From the NCBI GenBank assembly GCA_040954595.2, contig CM082594.2, positions 11,670,885 through 11,734,884 on the forward strand: 64,000 bases of DNA, in the 5' to 3' direction. Each line of letters starts with the position of its first letter. Position 1 is the first letter of the stretch. The stretch is from Balanoglossus misakiensis (lineage: Eukaryota > Animalia > Hemichordata). The translations under genes were made by a program, and so were the position numbers. The notes under the pieces are model-generated. The model worked only from the letters and a program-made list of their open reading frames with translations. It ran no database searches and was not told the DNA's origin. This document shows positions 23,847 to 36,021 of the stretch, one piece after another.

Positions 23847-25130
23847 GTATGTTTCTTGTTTGACTTTATGTGACTTTTAGTGAACCCGAAGAGTATTTTT
23901 CTAAAAGAACTCTTACTCAGAAGATGTGACAAGCGAACGCTAGGTGTGATGGTTGTTGATGTTGGGGAGCCCAACATCCAAAAAGGCTTGTTCTTGCTTT
24001 TAATATATGTGTATTTTTTTACTAATTTGAAATATTTTGTGATGTTTGTGTATTAAATAATCTTGACAATATAATTGCCAATTATTGTAAGTTAAAAGCA
24101 CTCTGTACGCGTTACTGATGTGCAATCCAGTTTATATATGTTTCATGACAGTCGTTGTAATATCGTCGTCCCGTCCGTCTGTCAAACGCGCACACCGCAG
24201 ACTCTAGAGGCGTTCCTCAGGAAAGAAAAAAACACTTTCACCCAAAACTTCAACAATATGGTTGAGTAATTTTTGTTCTGAAATCTCAAGATATAAAAGT
24301 AGAAATTATTTTTCAGTGTTTGAATTATATTAGTAGCGAAAGCGCGAGGAATTGTAATGTAAGTCTATCGTGTATCAGTGTCATATTTCGACACTCACAC
24401 AGTGCGTTCGCTATCGATCAATACATCGCTTTTTACCTCAAAAGGCCTCCGTCTTTCTGTTGTCCTTGCAAATTATTTATGCATCGCCGTCATATAATGT
24501 ATTTGTCGACTTTTTTCTCGCCAATTTTTCCATTTTTCCGTCTTTTTTGTACCGTACCGTTTTGATGACAAAATTAATTTATGCAAATTTAAGCGTACGC
24601 GTACCTTTCATTGGAATGGACATACAAAGGTGTACATTTTGAGCCTATATTTGTCTTTTCGTACGGTATTTTTGACAGTATTAAAATACAACACCATCAA
24701 TTGTAAAATATAAATATCTTTCTATACCCGTAACCATGAAACCAATTTGAAAATACACGAGTTTATATATTTCATTTCTTGTTTACATATATTCCCTAAT
24801 ATATGGTGAAAAGAGCTTGACTAAAAGTCTTAAAATAGCCATGAGATGGTGGACTTTTTTCATTTAGCCACCCAAGTGAAAATCTGTGATTGGCTTGGTC
24901 ACTTCTCCTCTCCATGGTAACGACATTTGCATAGAGTGACCTCTATACCTAAGTCCTTAACTTATCAATGTGTTTTTTTAGTTTTCATTTTGTGACAAAG
25001 AAAATCACAGGACTTATTTCCAGACAATCAAACAACTTTACATTTTTATTTCTGTTTCATTACTTTCAGATAATTCAACATGGGTTGAACACATTGGCAT
25101 AGAATTTTAATTGTCCGGCAAGCAATAATA

Positions 25131-28100
25131 ATGCCTGGAGGACAGTGGGACCCTTGGAAGGTTGAACAAGAAGATCTTCCCTTCCAAGATGAGAACAGTC
25201 CCAGTAAGTTAATCCAAATGAAACACACCCACAGCAATCACTATATTGACATGATTGCAAGAGATGAAACTGATGAAGGGATGGTATTTGAAGGGACGTC
25301 ACCCTTACAGATTCCTTTTCCATCGACAAGTGGGCCAACCAGTGTACCATACTCGACAAATCTGGATATGTCCATGAATAATGATTTAGTAGATTTGTCG
25401 AAACCACTGAAAGGCTACCCTCTTCGGAAAGGGATCTCCAACATCAGCCTGGACAGCCTTAATGACAACTACATCGAATCGAGCGACACCTTAAGAAACT
25501 CTTCGAGAGAGAACTCATCTGCAGAAGGAAGCCTTGAAAATTTATTGGAACTAAGCAGAGAGATCCAAGATTATGGAAGTGAGGAGTTTTCAGATTTCGA
25601 GAGGTGGAACAATTTCGTTAATCTGACAAAGAGTCAACGCCCGGCCAATTACAGAGGAGGTTCCAGTAGTAGCCAGGATGAGGACACAAACTACGTGGAT
25701 GAGAGTGATGAAGAGTCTGGTGCTATTACCCCAAGAGGAGACTTTTCCCAACGAGAGCCTTTGCCTCCAAATCCTAACTTTCATTTGCCCTTGAAGAGTA
25801 AGAGTATTTCAGCCCAAATTCACAACCAGTTGTACGGCCCTGTAATCAACTCGGCTCCTGCGGGTGAAAATGCATCAAGCAACTCCACAATGAGCATAGC
25901 AACCACCGGTTCCTTGCGATCAGACATCACAGCCAGTCCAGAGAGCTACGATATGCTGTACAGGAGTTTTGAGATCGCTGCGATGATCGACCATGAGGAC
26001 AGAAAACACGGCAAGACATTGACCCCGTCTGTTCCGAACATTGAAATGCTGTCGCCAAAACTGCAGAGGCTTCGACAGGTCAGCGCTGAATTTTCATCTT
26101 CTCCCCAACCAAATTTCTGCGCCTTCGGAGAAAGTGCGAAAAAGGCAGAGTGGGGTGTGAAACAGGATACTGAAAGCAGTGAAAGCAGAAAGGTAACGTT
26201 TGCTGATCTGGCACAACAGAAGAAGAAACACGAACAAGAAAAGGAAGATGTTCGACCGATGTCACTGCCCGTTGTTACAGAAACGCGTCAACATTGGACA
26301 GAGTTACTGAGTTCTACAAAGACTCCTGATTTTGTCAAGCAGGTCAAACAGCAGACGGATGGTCTCTCACCCAGAAGACCTCAATCACTTCCTTTGGGAC
26401 TCAGGCACGTCAAGAAACCAGCAAGTCGGCCATTCCCCAAAGATGTTACCCCCGAAAGTTTCAATAGTTTTCGGCAAGAGGAACCAACAGAATGTCTTGC
26501 ACCAGAACTTGGTGTCGTCAGAACGTTTAGCGCTCCTGAAGGGTTTGAACGAGCTGAAGAAATCCTGGTGGAAGAGAAATGTTATGATAGCGTTGACAAC
26601 CTAGGTAAGTTTCTTCTTTTCATTCATTTTGCTGAAAATCTACAGTTCGTCAAAGTGTTCTCAGTCCAAGTTTGTCAAAATTAACACTGTACTGTAGTTC
26701 TGATAACATTCTTTTGACAATAAGCTTAGGTGGATTGTAGATAGTAAAAACTGTCTTTTTATTTCCCAAGAGAAGGTCTTGAAGGGATCCAGAACAGAAA
26801 TGTATGAGTACATAACTGATCAGACCCTTCCTAACACCTTCTATAATCAGCAGTATCACTATTTCAGTGACAATTCTGCAGCGATGATCCTTGCTCGGGA
26901 AAATTCAAATCAGACTTTGTTCCGGAAATTAAATGCAAGGTCAATGAGACAGCTAATGGATGATTGGCCCGTGAGTCATCCTTGTAAGATTATCCCTCAG
27001 TCTACTCAAGACAGGCTTGAGAAAAAAATGTGAAAAATTCAGCTTTACATGGGGATAATAATTCTATTTTCAATTATAGTTTAGTTAGATAGTGGATTTC
27101 AGCATTGCTCTGTAAGGGACATATTTATTTCATTACTTTACAAATGTCTCAGTGGGATAAGATGCAATGAACAACATATTCTTTCATCGCAAAAAAAAAA
27201 TATTTTTTATCAACTTCTGAGATTTTATTTTCATATTTTTCCATGGAATGTCTTGTCGCGGATGTTAGGCAGCCATTATACATCATCTTTCTGTAATTAT
27301 GGTAGCTTTATTTTTAGCGAGGCTGACCCCCCACCCCCTCCCATTGTTCGAAACAAAACCCCAGACATCAGACTGGCTATCAAAACATCTATTTGTCAAA
27401 GGATGCTTCTGTTGACCGCTGTGAATATAAAAAAGGGCTGCATGTACTCTCTGTTGAAGACAACTTCTCATTCTATTCTGCTGTGTGATCATGAATAACT
27501 GAGCCAAACAGGACAAAGAGGGCAATATTTCTTAACAGAAAAAAATATTTAACCCTTCTGATAACAGTTTTAAATACTAAAGTGTTCTGGAAATAAATAA
27601 ATACTGTTCTAAAACACCCTCCTACTATTAAGAAAAGATTTAAAAAATACGATTTCTCTCCTAATGGAGTGACACGCGCGTTACAGACACTAGTTTGCCC
27701 TTTTAAGTTGGACTCAAACCAGCCACAGAGAATTTTGTTATTTAATATACAGTAGTCAGTATTATAGCATGACCCACTGAACTGAGTATTCTAAAATATT
27801 TCATGAATTTGACACCAGAATGACTTCACGCATGCAGCATTTGTAGAGAGATTGTTATGATCCATATGTTACTAAATCTACGTAAATAGTGATTTCTGCC
27901 ATTTTATATGAATCTTTTGAAAATATTTATAGCTTTGGTTTGTTTCTTAAGGATATAATTTGATTTTGAGTAAATGGTCACTGGTGTATATGGACGAATT
28001 TATTGAAAAACGAAATCCATTTTGCATCAGCATGTTTACCACGTAATAAAACCTTGTCTGGCCCCAGAATCAACCACATTTACAGTATGTGTGACACATC

Positions 28101-31100
28101 TTAAGTTCATACATTATTTATTAATCAGGTGTTATTTTTATATATTCCTGCCAAGTCAGTGAAATTGAAATAGAAATCTATTTCCTTTGTCTATTGTACA
28201 AATCATCTATGCTCCCATAGCCACAATAATTCCATAAAATAGCAGCTTTTCAATAAATAATAATAATTTTGAAATTGTGTATGTTTCTTCAGTGACACAT
28301 GGAAGTAAGGGATATATTTCATTAGAAAATATTCTGAAAAGGAAATGTATTCAGAATTTGATATTTTAGGTATAATATGATATTACGAAACCTTTTCCCG
28401 TATAGAATGGAAGAAAGGTAATGTGAATGATGTGAGCTGATACTGTAACTCTCAAAATTGGTGCAATGTGTGTAGAAAAGTATAGCATAATGAAAATGTA
28501 ACATTTGTTTATAATTGTGTCAGTTTGCTTAAATAAGCATTAGTGTGTTGTAAAGTGAGACCCATTATTGATTAGACTGTTCTCTGAAACCATGGCCAAT
28601 TAACATGTTATCTAATAAGCTAGGTGTTTTCAGATACTGGTGGCGTAGAGAATTATATTAAAAACCCCACCATAATGGAAATATTTAGTTCCAGTGGAGG
28701 AGTACCGATAATTTCAAACAGTAAAGTAGATTCGGTAAAGTGCAAACGATCAAATTAGATTCCAGATGCACCGAGATGCTATCAAATGAAAAATTCCATT
28801 AACAGAATTATGTTTGATAATGGAATGCATATTAGAGTGCTTTGAGTGCCTTGTATTGAACTGAATTTACATTGCAGTTTATTTTGAATATGCAAAATAA
28901 AAAATAATGGGAATAAATAGAGCATATATTAATTATTGTAGGATGTTTGGAAATGAAAAAGTGTGAAGGTGTATAACAATTGCATTATATGGGCAGACGC
29001 AGTGTAGAATACCCACACGATGCCGTGTGTGACCTCAATTTTTATATTCTCTATACTGTAACAAATTAGGGCAGCAAATATATTATGGTTATCTATAGAA
29101 AGTACTGAGTCAAGCATGCACACTAGACTTTGTACAGGTATACTTATCCCCAGTACACATCTACATATACCGGTACATGCCCCTGTATAATTGGCCAAAG
29201 GATATAACGCTACAGACCAATTACACGTTCATGTATAAAGCTATTATGACATGCACTTTGCAGAATAGTTGGCAATTCAGCAGTGTGTAAAAACAATGGT
29301 AGATTGATACACAGAACACAAATGCTGAAAGTTACAGCTGGCGTTTTGTGAATTCATTGCATGCGTGGTTTGTATGTAGTATAAATGGCTATTCATAGAT
29401 ATTGGTGGGGTAAATTAAGGTGCATTTCATTTGCTAACTGGCTGCTTTTTTCTGTCTCTTCTTTCTCTCACTATCAGCCTTTCCGAAATCATCTGATGTA
29501 TCTAGAGCTTTAACTGAAGCCTGTATTGCTAATAATAATGGTTTCATGGGCAAAGGTGTCATTGTCAAACACATGGTGACCAAGATTCCACCACTCGGTT
29601 TCAACACCATCTCTTCAAAACCCAGAATTCCGGAATCATATGCCGCATTTCCTAGTACCAGCCGGGAAGCAGGCTTTCAGGACTCGTACACAAATATGCA
29701 ATCTTACCATTCGCACACAAGTCAGCCATGTGATGAAAGCGTCACGTGTGATGATGATGATGATGAAGAGGATGATAATGATGGTTATTATTATAATGAT
29801 GACGATGGTTATTATTATGATGATGACAATTATTATTATAATGATTATGATGATGATAATGATAACTATGATGATAATTATTTCCAAGTTGATAAAAGTA
29901 CTGAGGTGACTGATGCGGACATTTCCAGACCTATGAATCTTCGACTGATGCGATATGATAGTTTGGAAGGTACACCCTGTGATACTGTTGCTGTAGCAAC
30001 GCAAACAGAGTCCATCACAACAGAGGAGGGTACGCAGACAATACACAAATCAGTCAGGATCGCATCACCAAACAGCAGTGATTTAAAGAGAACTTTAAGT
30101 AATGAACAAAACATAAAATCAGATAAAATTGCAACCAAGTATAGCAAAGTGAGTAAAAGAGACATAAGAAGGCAAAAATATACAGGAGAAACAAACCAGA
30201 AACTGGATGTAGTCGAAACGTCTTGTGTTCGGTCTGGGCGTATTAAAGCTGATCGTGCTACAGTTTATTCAACAGCCGATGCCGTCTGCCCAGTCAAAGT
30301 TAAACAGAGTCAGAGACATAAAGTGTTGAGGCAAGATTTGCTGGGAGAAGTGGTGTATGTACAGAATAAGCCCTTGAAACCCATTTATCAAGTAGATGCG
30401 GAACACAACATCAGGAAAGGTAAGTTTTGCCATAAACAGCGACTGGAATGGTTGGTTTTAAGTTCATGTCATTGTTATTTTTATCACAGTTTACTTTGTG
30501 CAAAGGTCACGCACCTATCTGAGGGTGCAACTTCCGCTGGCTGTTACATAGTTGGATCTGACCTAAATCAAAATGAAACCAGATAATTCATGGAAGGAAA
30601 TTGTCATATTGTTGTTGAATGTATTAAGACTCTGGTACTGTCACTGTGCTCATACAGTTCTTCAATTTATCTGTTTAATTATGGTGTTCTCTTTTCCTAA
30701 CTGGATTCATTTATAATATAGTTTTTGAGGATAACAAAATTATCGTTCTTATTTCTTTTGTAGGTCTGCCTTTCCTGCCTGGCCCATCCCTAGCACCACT
30801 TCACTTATCCCAGCCAATACTTCCAGCAGTGGAATCCCAGCCTCCGAGCATTGATTTCCGGGATCAGCCCTCGTTCTTTGGTTGCGAAGATGCACCCGTA
30901 GACATTCCGCTGTCGGCCTACGAAGAAATGGAAAACAGCGTTGAGGTCGATGTGACCCAGAAGAAAGGTGAGGTGCCAGATTTTCAACCTTGAAGACAAG
31001 AAGGGGCATATATAATGCACACCATTTGTTTCCCAATAACAGTTCTGTGCACAGAAAAATGAATGTTGTGTCATGCATGTTGAGCAAATTTAGCCTGATG

Positions 31101-34100
31101 TTGTAGCTTTGTCAATCTCTCAATGTGTGTTACTGTATACATATATCTCTTTAATAGTTAGAGAGTTCATTTTACAAAGTACCTTATGTCATGAAGATTC
31201 CATAATACCATGGCCGTGATGTGGGGTACTATGTTTAATGCTGTGTAACTTTTATTTGAATCACAGGTTTGGTTAGTGCGGTCAACGCTGCAACAGATCT
31301 CATCCTTGAACACTTTGGAAAGAGTCGACACGTTTGTGGCAAGGTAATGAGACAATGATTGTAATTATTGTGGTTAACAAAAGCCACAAGTTTCTTCTCT
31401 GTGATTGATGAGGTGTGTGCTAATTCTACCCATGCAATGACCCTTTGCCACTAAAAGTCACTTGCAGCTCAGTGTCAGACACCTTTTAGTTAGACAAGCT
31501 GTCATTGTTTGGTTGAAAGGTACCACCAAAGTTGCTTCATTGCAAGGCTAAATGTTCAATAAACTCTTTCAAAAGCATCTCCACTGTAAGTCGAATGACC
31601 TCCCGTGTGTGGTAATGATGAAGGCTTTGTGCTAAGACATGTCGTGCCTTGCAGGTGAAATGAGGGCTTTCTTTTCCATTGATCGCTTTGATGACCTGAG
31701 ATATCTAGAATCTCTGAATCCAAATTTACAATCTGGTTTTTATCAAATTTGAATGAAGAGGAGGAACTCCGGCCAAAGATAGTTACAAAAAAGAAAGAAA
31801 ATGTTGGCCAATGTTGATAGGATTCAAGGACAAGCTAAAGTGTATTAAACTTTGCAATATTGCTCATCCTAAATATGTACAACAGTGACTTTGGACATGA
31901 AACGTCTGTATAAGGGATTCCTGCTTAAAAGATGAACTGTCAGTTTGTCACAACTGTTTGTGGTGTATACATATTTGTCAATTTTTCTCTTTAGATTCGA
32001 CTTGGAGACAGCGACTACACTCCAGACATTGGACACATGGTCCTACGATACTTGTGTCCCGCGATAGCCGCCATCTTGTCTGATGGCATGCATCCATACG
32101 TCAGTAATGTCATTGTTGGGAGGATGAGGACCTCCGTGTGGAACGCTGTGCAGGCAACAACCCAGTTAGGTACGTCACAATGAAATTGAAATGTTAAAAG
32201 CTCAAAGCAGCTTTTGACATTATGTAGGGTATTTCAGTGTCATATGAAAAATTAACCACATGGATCGTATCCTAGTATATAAAGTCCTGGAAAACCAAGT
32301 CCTAGAAAAATGAAAATTACTCAATATGGAACTTAGTCTTGAATTCAGTTATAATAGCCACATGCATTTTCAATGACACAATTCCCTTTAGAGTCTAGTA
32401 GCTGAAGATCAGGCCGTTTTTCTCATCATCATAGTTTTATAAGCAGCTTTGTTATTTGTAAACAGTCAGTGAAAGAGAATTTTACTGTAACTTTATATTT
32501 CTTTTTATCGTGGCTGTTGTTGTCATCCATCAAAAGGAAACTTTCAAAGCCTCATTCTCCCCTTGAAGCCAAAGGGCACCAGTCTTGTGTCAGGCATATA
32601 CAAAGTGTGTATGGAACACAAAGTACATGGACCTTTGTCAAACACAGAAAAAAATCTAAAAAAAATAGTCTTCTATCTAAAATATTCCAACGACTTGCTG
32701 GTAGTCTTGATAGATGTTCAACTTGACAGAGTACATCGTTACACTTGTCGCCTTTTTTAAGTTCCATAATTAGTCAACTTTCTGTTGCTTGTGTTAGATA
32801 AACACATCAGGTGTTCATAGCACACAATGTCTGCGCAAGACACAGTCCCTAGCTGCCACCTTGATAGAATGTGTGTACAATATGCATTGTTAGAAGAGAA
32901 TACTGTCTGTAACTCTTCACTGATGTAAACATGTTTACCTCGTTTTGACACTTGTTGTATATGTGTGTATGTGTCTCTGTACGTTCTGCAGCCTAAAGCC
33001 ATTCAACACGGTTGAACAATATTAGGTTACTAATACACACCAATAGTTTTAAAGCAATCCATTCACCACTCTAGTAGAGTGATTCAATCTCATTATTGTC
33101 AGCAGTGAGACAAACCACTACGCAAGGAAAGCATTTAGTGTGGACAGCCAGTTTCAGAAGGAATTTGTATTTGATATTTCAGTCACATACTGCTTGGTGT
33201 GCCAACATCCTGTCAGAACACAATGCCAAACCATTGTACCCACTGCTTATTGCATTCCAATCACGACTTGGTTCACCAATAATCGTAAATCGAAGATTGT
33301 GAACATGTTTCTTTGCATGTACAGAGTGGAGAAGTGTGTGGAAGCCATCACTTGAACAGTCTACAGATTCATCACGAATAATGAAAACTTCGTAATGGAG
33401 GGTTCACAGTTTTCCTCGTTAAGTTACAGCCAAGAATGAAAAAAGCATTGCTTCAAGAAAATTGCCCATGCAAGGACACCACACTACACTTTGGGGACCA
33501 GCTTGTAAAAATGACATAAAAACCATGGAAACATTAACCTCTGTAGTGCCCTTAATAAAAAATAAAGCCACTGGAATGTAATGATATACTGTAGAGGCTG
33601 GCTAAAAGTGTCCCCAAATTCTACCATACGATATCCATCACCAGTTGATAGTCAACGGGTGTAGCAGTTGTCTGTGATACCATGTTTGAAAGCGGCCAAG
33701 CCCACTACTCCTAATTTTATGATCGAAAATGAGAAAAACAGGACAAACAGGCTTTCAACAATAAATCTACCCGCATGAGTGAGATATCATTAGAGGCAAA
33801 AATGCTTTGAGTCACAACAGGGCTGTTTATGGTGGGAACAACTTGAACTATACTGGCTTTCCCACCACCAACGGTCATTGTTGGACTGAGGTTATTCGTT
33901 AATGTACAGTCCTTGTCAGTGTTGATTGTTTGTAAAGTATGAAAAGCAATAGCTTTAAGTGGAAATACATGTACAGGTCCATTTCTGCAGGGAAGTATTT
34001 ATGTGCAGGCAACCACTTTATGGAGCATTATGCCCAGATCTCTGGGGTCAATGTTTTGTGCTGGGTATGGGTGGAGGAATTTGTGCACATCTTTATTTAT

Positions 34101-36021
34101 GCTTATGGTTTTGTTTGTACCATGGTTCATTTCATATGGTTTTGCCTTATGTAAGTTGCTGATTGGTTGATCGATATATGCTCACTTTTTAACTTTAATT
34201 TGCAGGTCCTGCAACCAAACAAATGCACGAAATCTTGAGTCATGTTTCCAGCCAGAGTTTCCTGACAGATCCAGTGATGAAATTCAATGCATTCATCTTT
34301 GGACTTCTCAAGTAAGACATTATAAGAATCACATTTAGTGATGAGAATGAAACAAGCCTTTGTCCATCTTTATAGCTGACAAAATATAGGCAACCATTCA
34401 GAAATGACTCTACAATTAAACGTAAACCAATTTGGTTTCTCAGAGTACATTGTATTTTGAATATATTGCAGACAATTTTGTGTGGAATCTCAGATACTTA
34501 CTCTGTTCTTTTTCAGTTCTAAGTGTTTAGAGCTTTGGCTACAACATGTCACATCGAGAACTGGTAGGTTTGTGACTATTGTACACTGGATTAGCCAGGG
34601 ACAACAAATAGTTTTAAATGAGAGTGGTGAATAAAATTCAACAAATTGAACAAATAAAACAAGACAAAATAAAATGACAAGTGAATTTTCTATATTGCAG
34701 CCAACTTCAATCCCTGCTATAAATCTAATCATATTACAATTAGGGGAAAGTGGGTTGGTATTTTGCACTGGGCTGATATCTGAATGAATATGTCTTCTGT
34801 GTCGTGTTTGCTGAATTGTAGGATTATGACAAGAAAATCAGAGAAAGGTCAATACTTTAATTTCAAAATGTTGCTTTTTTTACAGACACACTTGAGAAGC
34901 TGTACAAAGATGATTCATTCTTACGCCTCGTTGACGGTGTTCTGAAACCGCTTTTTGAGGAATTGTTGGTTGCCATCCAGCCGCTATGTGAGCTGCCGTT
35001 CAAACTGGACTGCAAATTTGAACATAACCACATTCAAGAGATGAAGGCCAGAGAGCAAGGCAAACAGAGGCTGCAAGCAGAACATGAAAAGAAGAATCAC
35101 TTCTCCCCGTTCCAGCTGATGAAAAAGGTCACCCAGAAGACGTATGAGAAAGTTTCTAATCACTCGCATGGAAGATGCAAGGAAGACAGTAAATTTGAAG
35201 ATGACGATGAAGAGGATTCCGGGAAGGGATGGAGCGTCAACTGGATGAAGGGTTTGATCAGTTCTGGAAGTAAACAGGAGAAGAAGGAATCTGGGAAATT
35301 GGCGGAAATCAAATCCAGGTCAAAAACGCCACCGAGAAGACTTGAACTCAATCAGACTCCAGAATCAAAGTCACAAGCAGGGTTTACAGCTGAGCAACCA
35401 AAATCACAAAGATGGAGTCTCTTTGGATCAAGGTATGAACAATCAATCATACATGGAGTTGAATGTATTCTCTAACACGGAAGGATAACAATCATTTCTG
35501 GATCAGTGGTCTTTAAGAAGAGACACTGAAAAGATTTTATTGTGAAAAAAGTTTCTTTGCGTCTTGGAGTATGTTATTGTGAACAGGGCAGGGATTGTTT
35601 TCTGTCAAGCAGTATGGTAGAGAGGCCATCAATGCAGTGTGTGAAGGTTAACTTGTAAAGGTTCCATTAGCATTGTGAAAAAACCCAGACAGCATAAAAG
35701 GAACATGTCATCACCCAGAATAATCTTTTTCTTCTTGTATTGTACAGCATTTCAAAAGCATTGGACAGCATGATTGTGGATGGTGGGAATTCACTACTGC
35801 AGGGACGCCTCAACCCGGCTGATCCGTTCAGATTTCGTAGACGAGGGGTGAGCTCAGAGACGGCGATACCTGCTGATGTTGCAGATGAACTCATGGGACC
35901 ACGACCTGACCCGACCGGCGCGTCTGACAGCAATGCCTCATCACCTGAATGGAATCTGTCAGCGATGCAGTGTGAAGCAAAGACTAGACACAGGAAAACA
36001 TCAACAAAGATTTGTTCGTAG
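25131..36021 (+). CDS. RUSC2: RUSC1/RUSC2 (NESCA/iporin)-family RUN-domain protein, 9 coding exons, about 1281 aa, no SH3 seen
   Basis: Phase-consistent exons 25131-26604, 29478-30419, 30764-30967, 31267-31343, 31995-32169, 34206-34311, 34517-34563, 34886-35432, 35748-36021. The spliced RUN region QKKGLVSAVNAATDLILEHFG..RLGDSDYTPDIGHMVLRYLCPAIAAILSDG..FNAFIFGLLNSKCLELW..ELLVAIQPLCELPFKLDCKFEH follows the RUSC1/2 RUN domain as I recall it. The N-terminus is long, disordered and Ser-rich. The symbol denotes a probable RUSC1/2 co-orthologue. Candidate polyA signal AATAAA at 38826. Confidence 0.85.
29749..29881 (+). repeat. Imperfect (GAT/TAT/AAT)n trinucleotide tract, in frame within RUSC exon 2 (Asp/Tyr/Asn-rich)
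   Basis: Encodes DDDDDEEDDNDGYYYNDDDGYYYDDDNYYYNDYDDDNDNYDDNY. Confidence 0.85.

Noticed and set aside
29636-30046. Poly-Ile and poly-Met ORFs
   Set aside because: These are alternative-frame and antisense readings of the GAT/TAT trinucleotide tract in RUSC exon 2.
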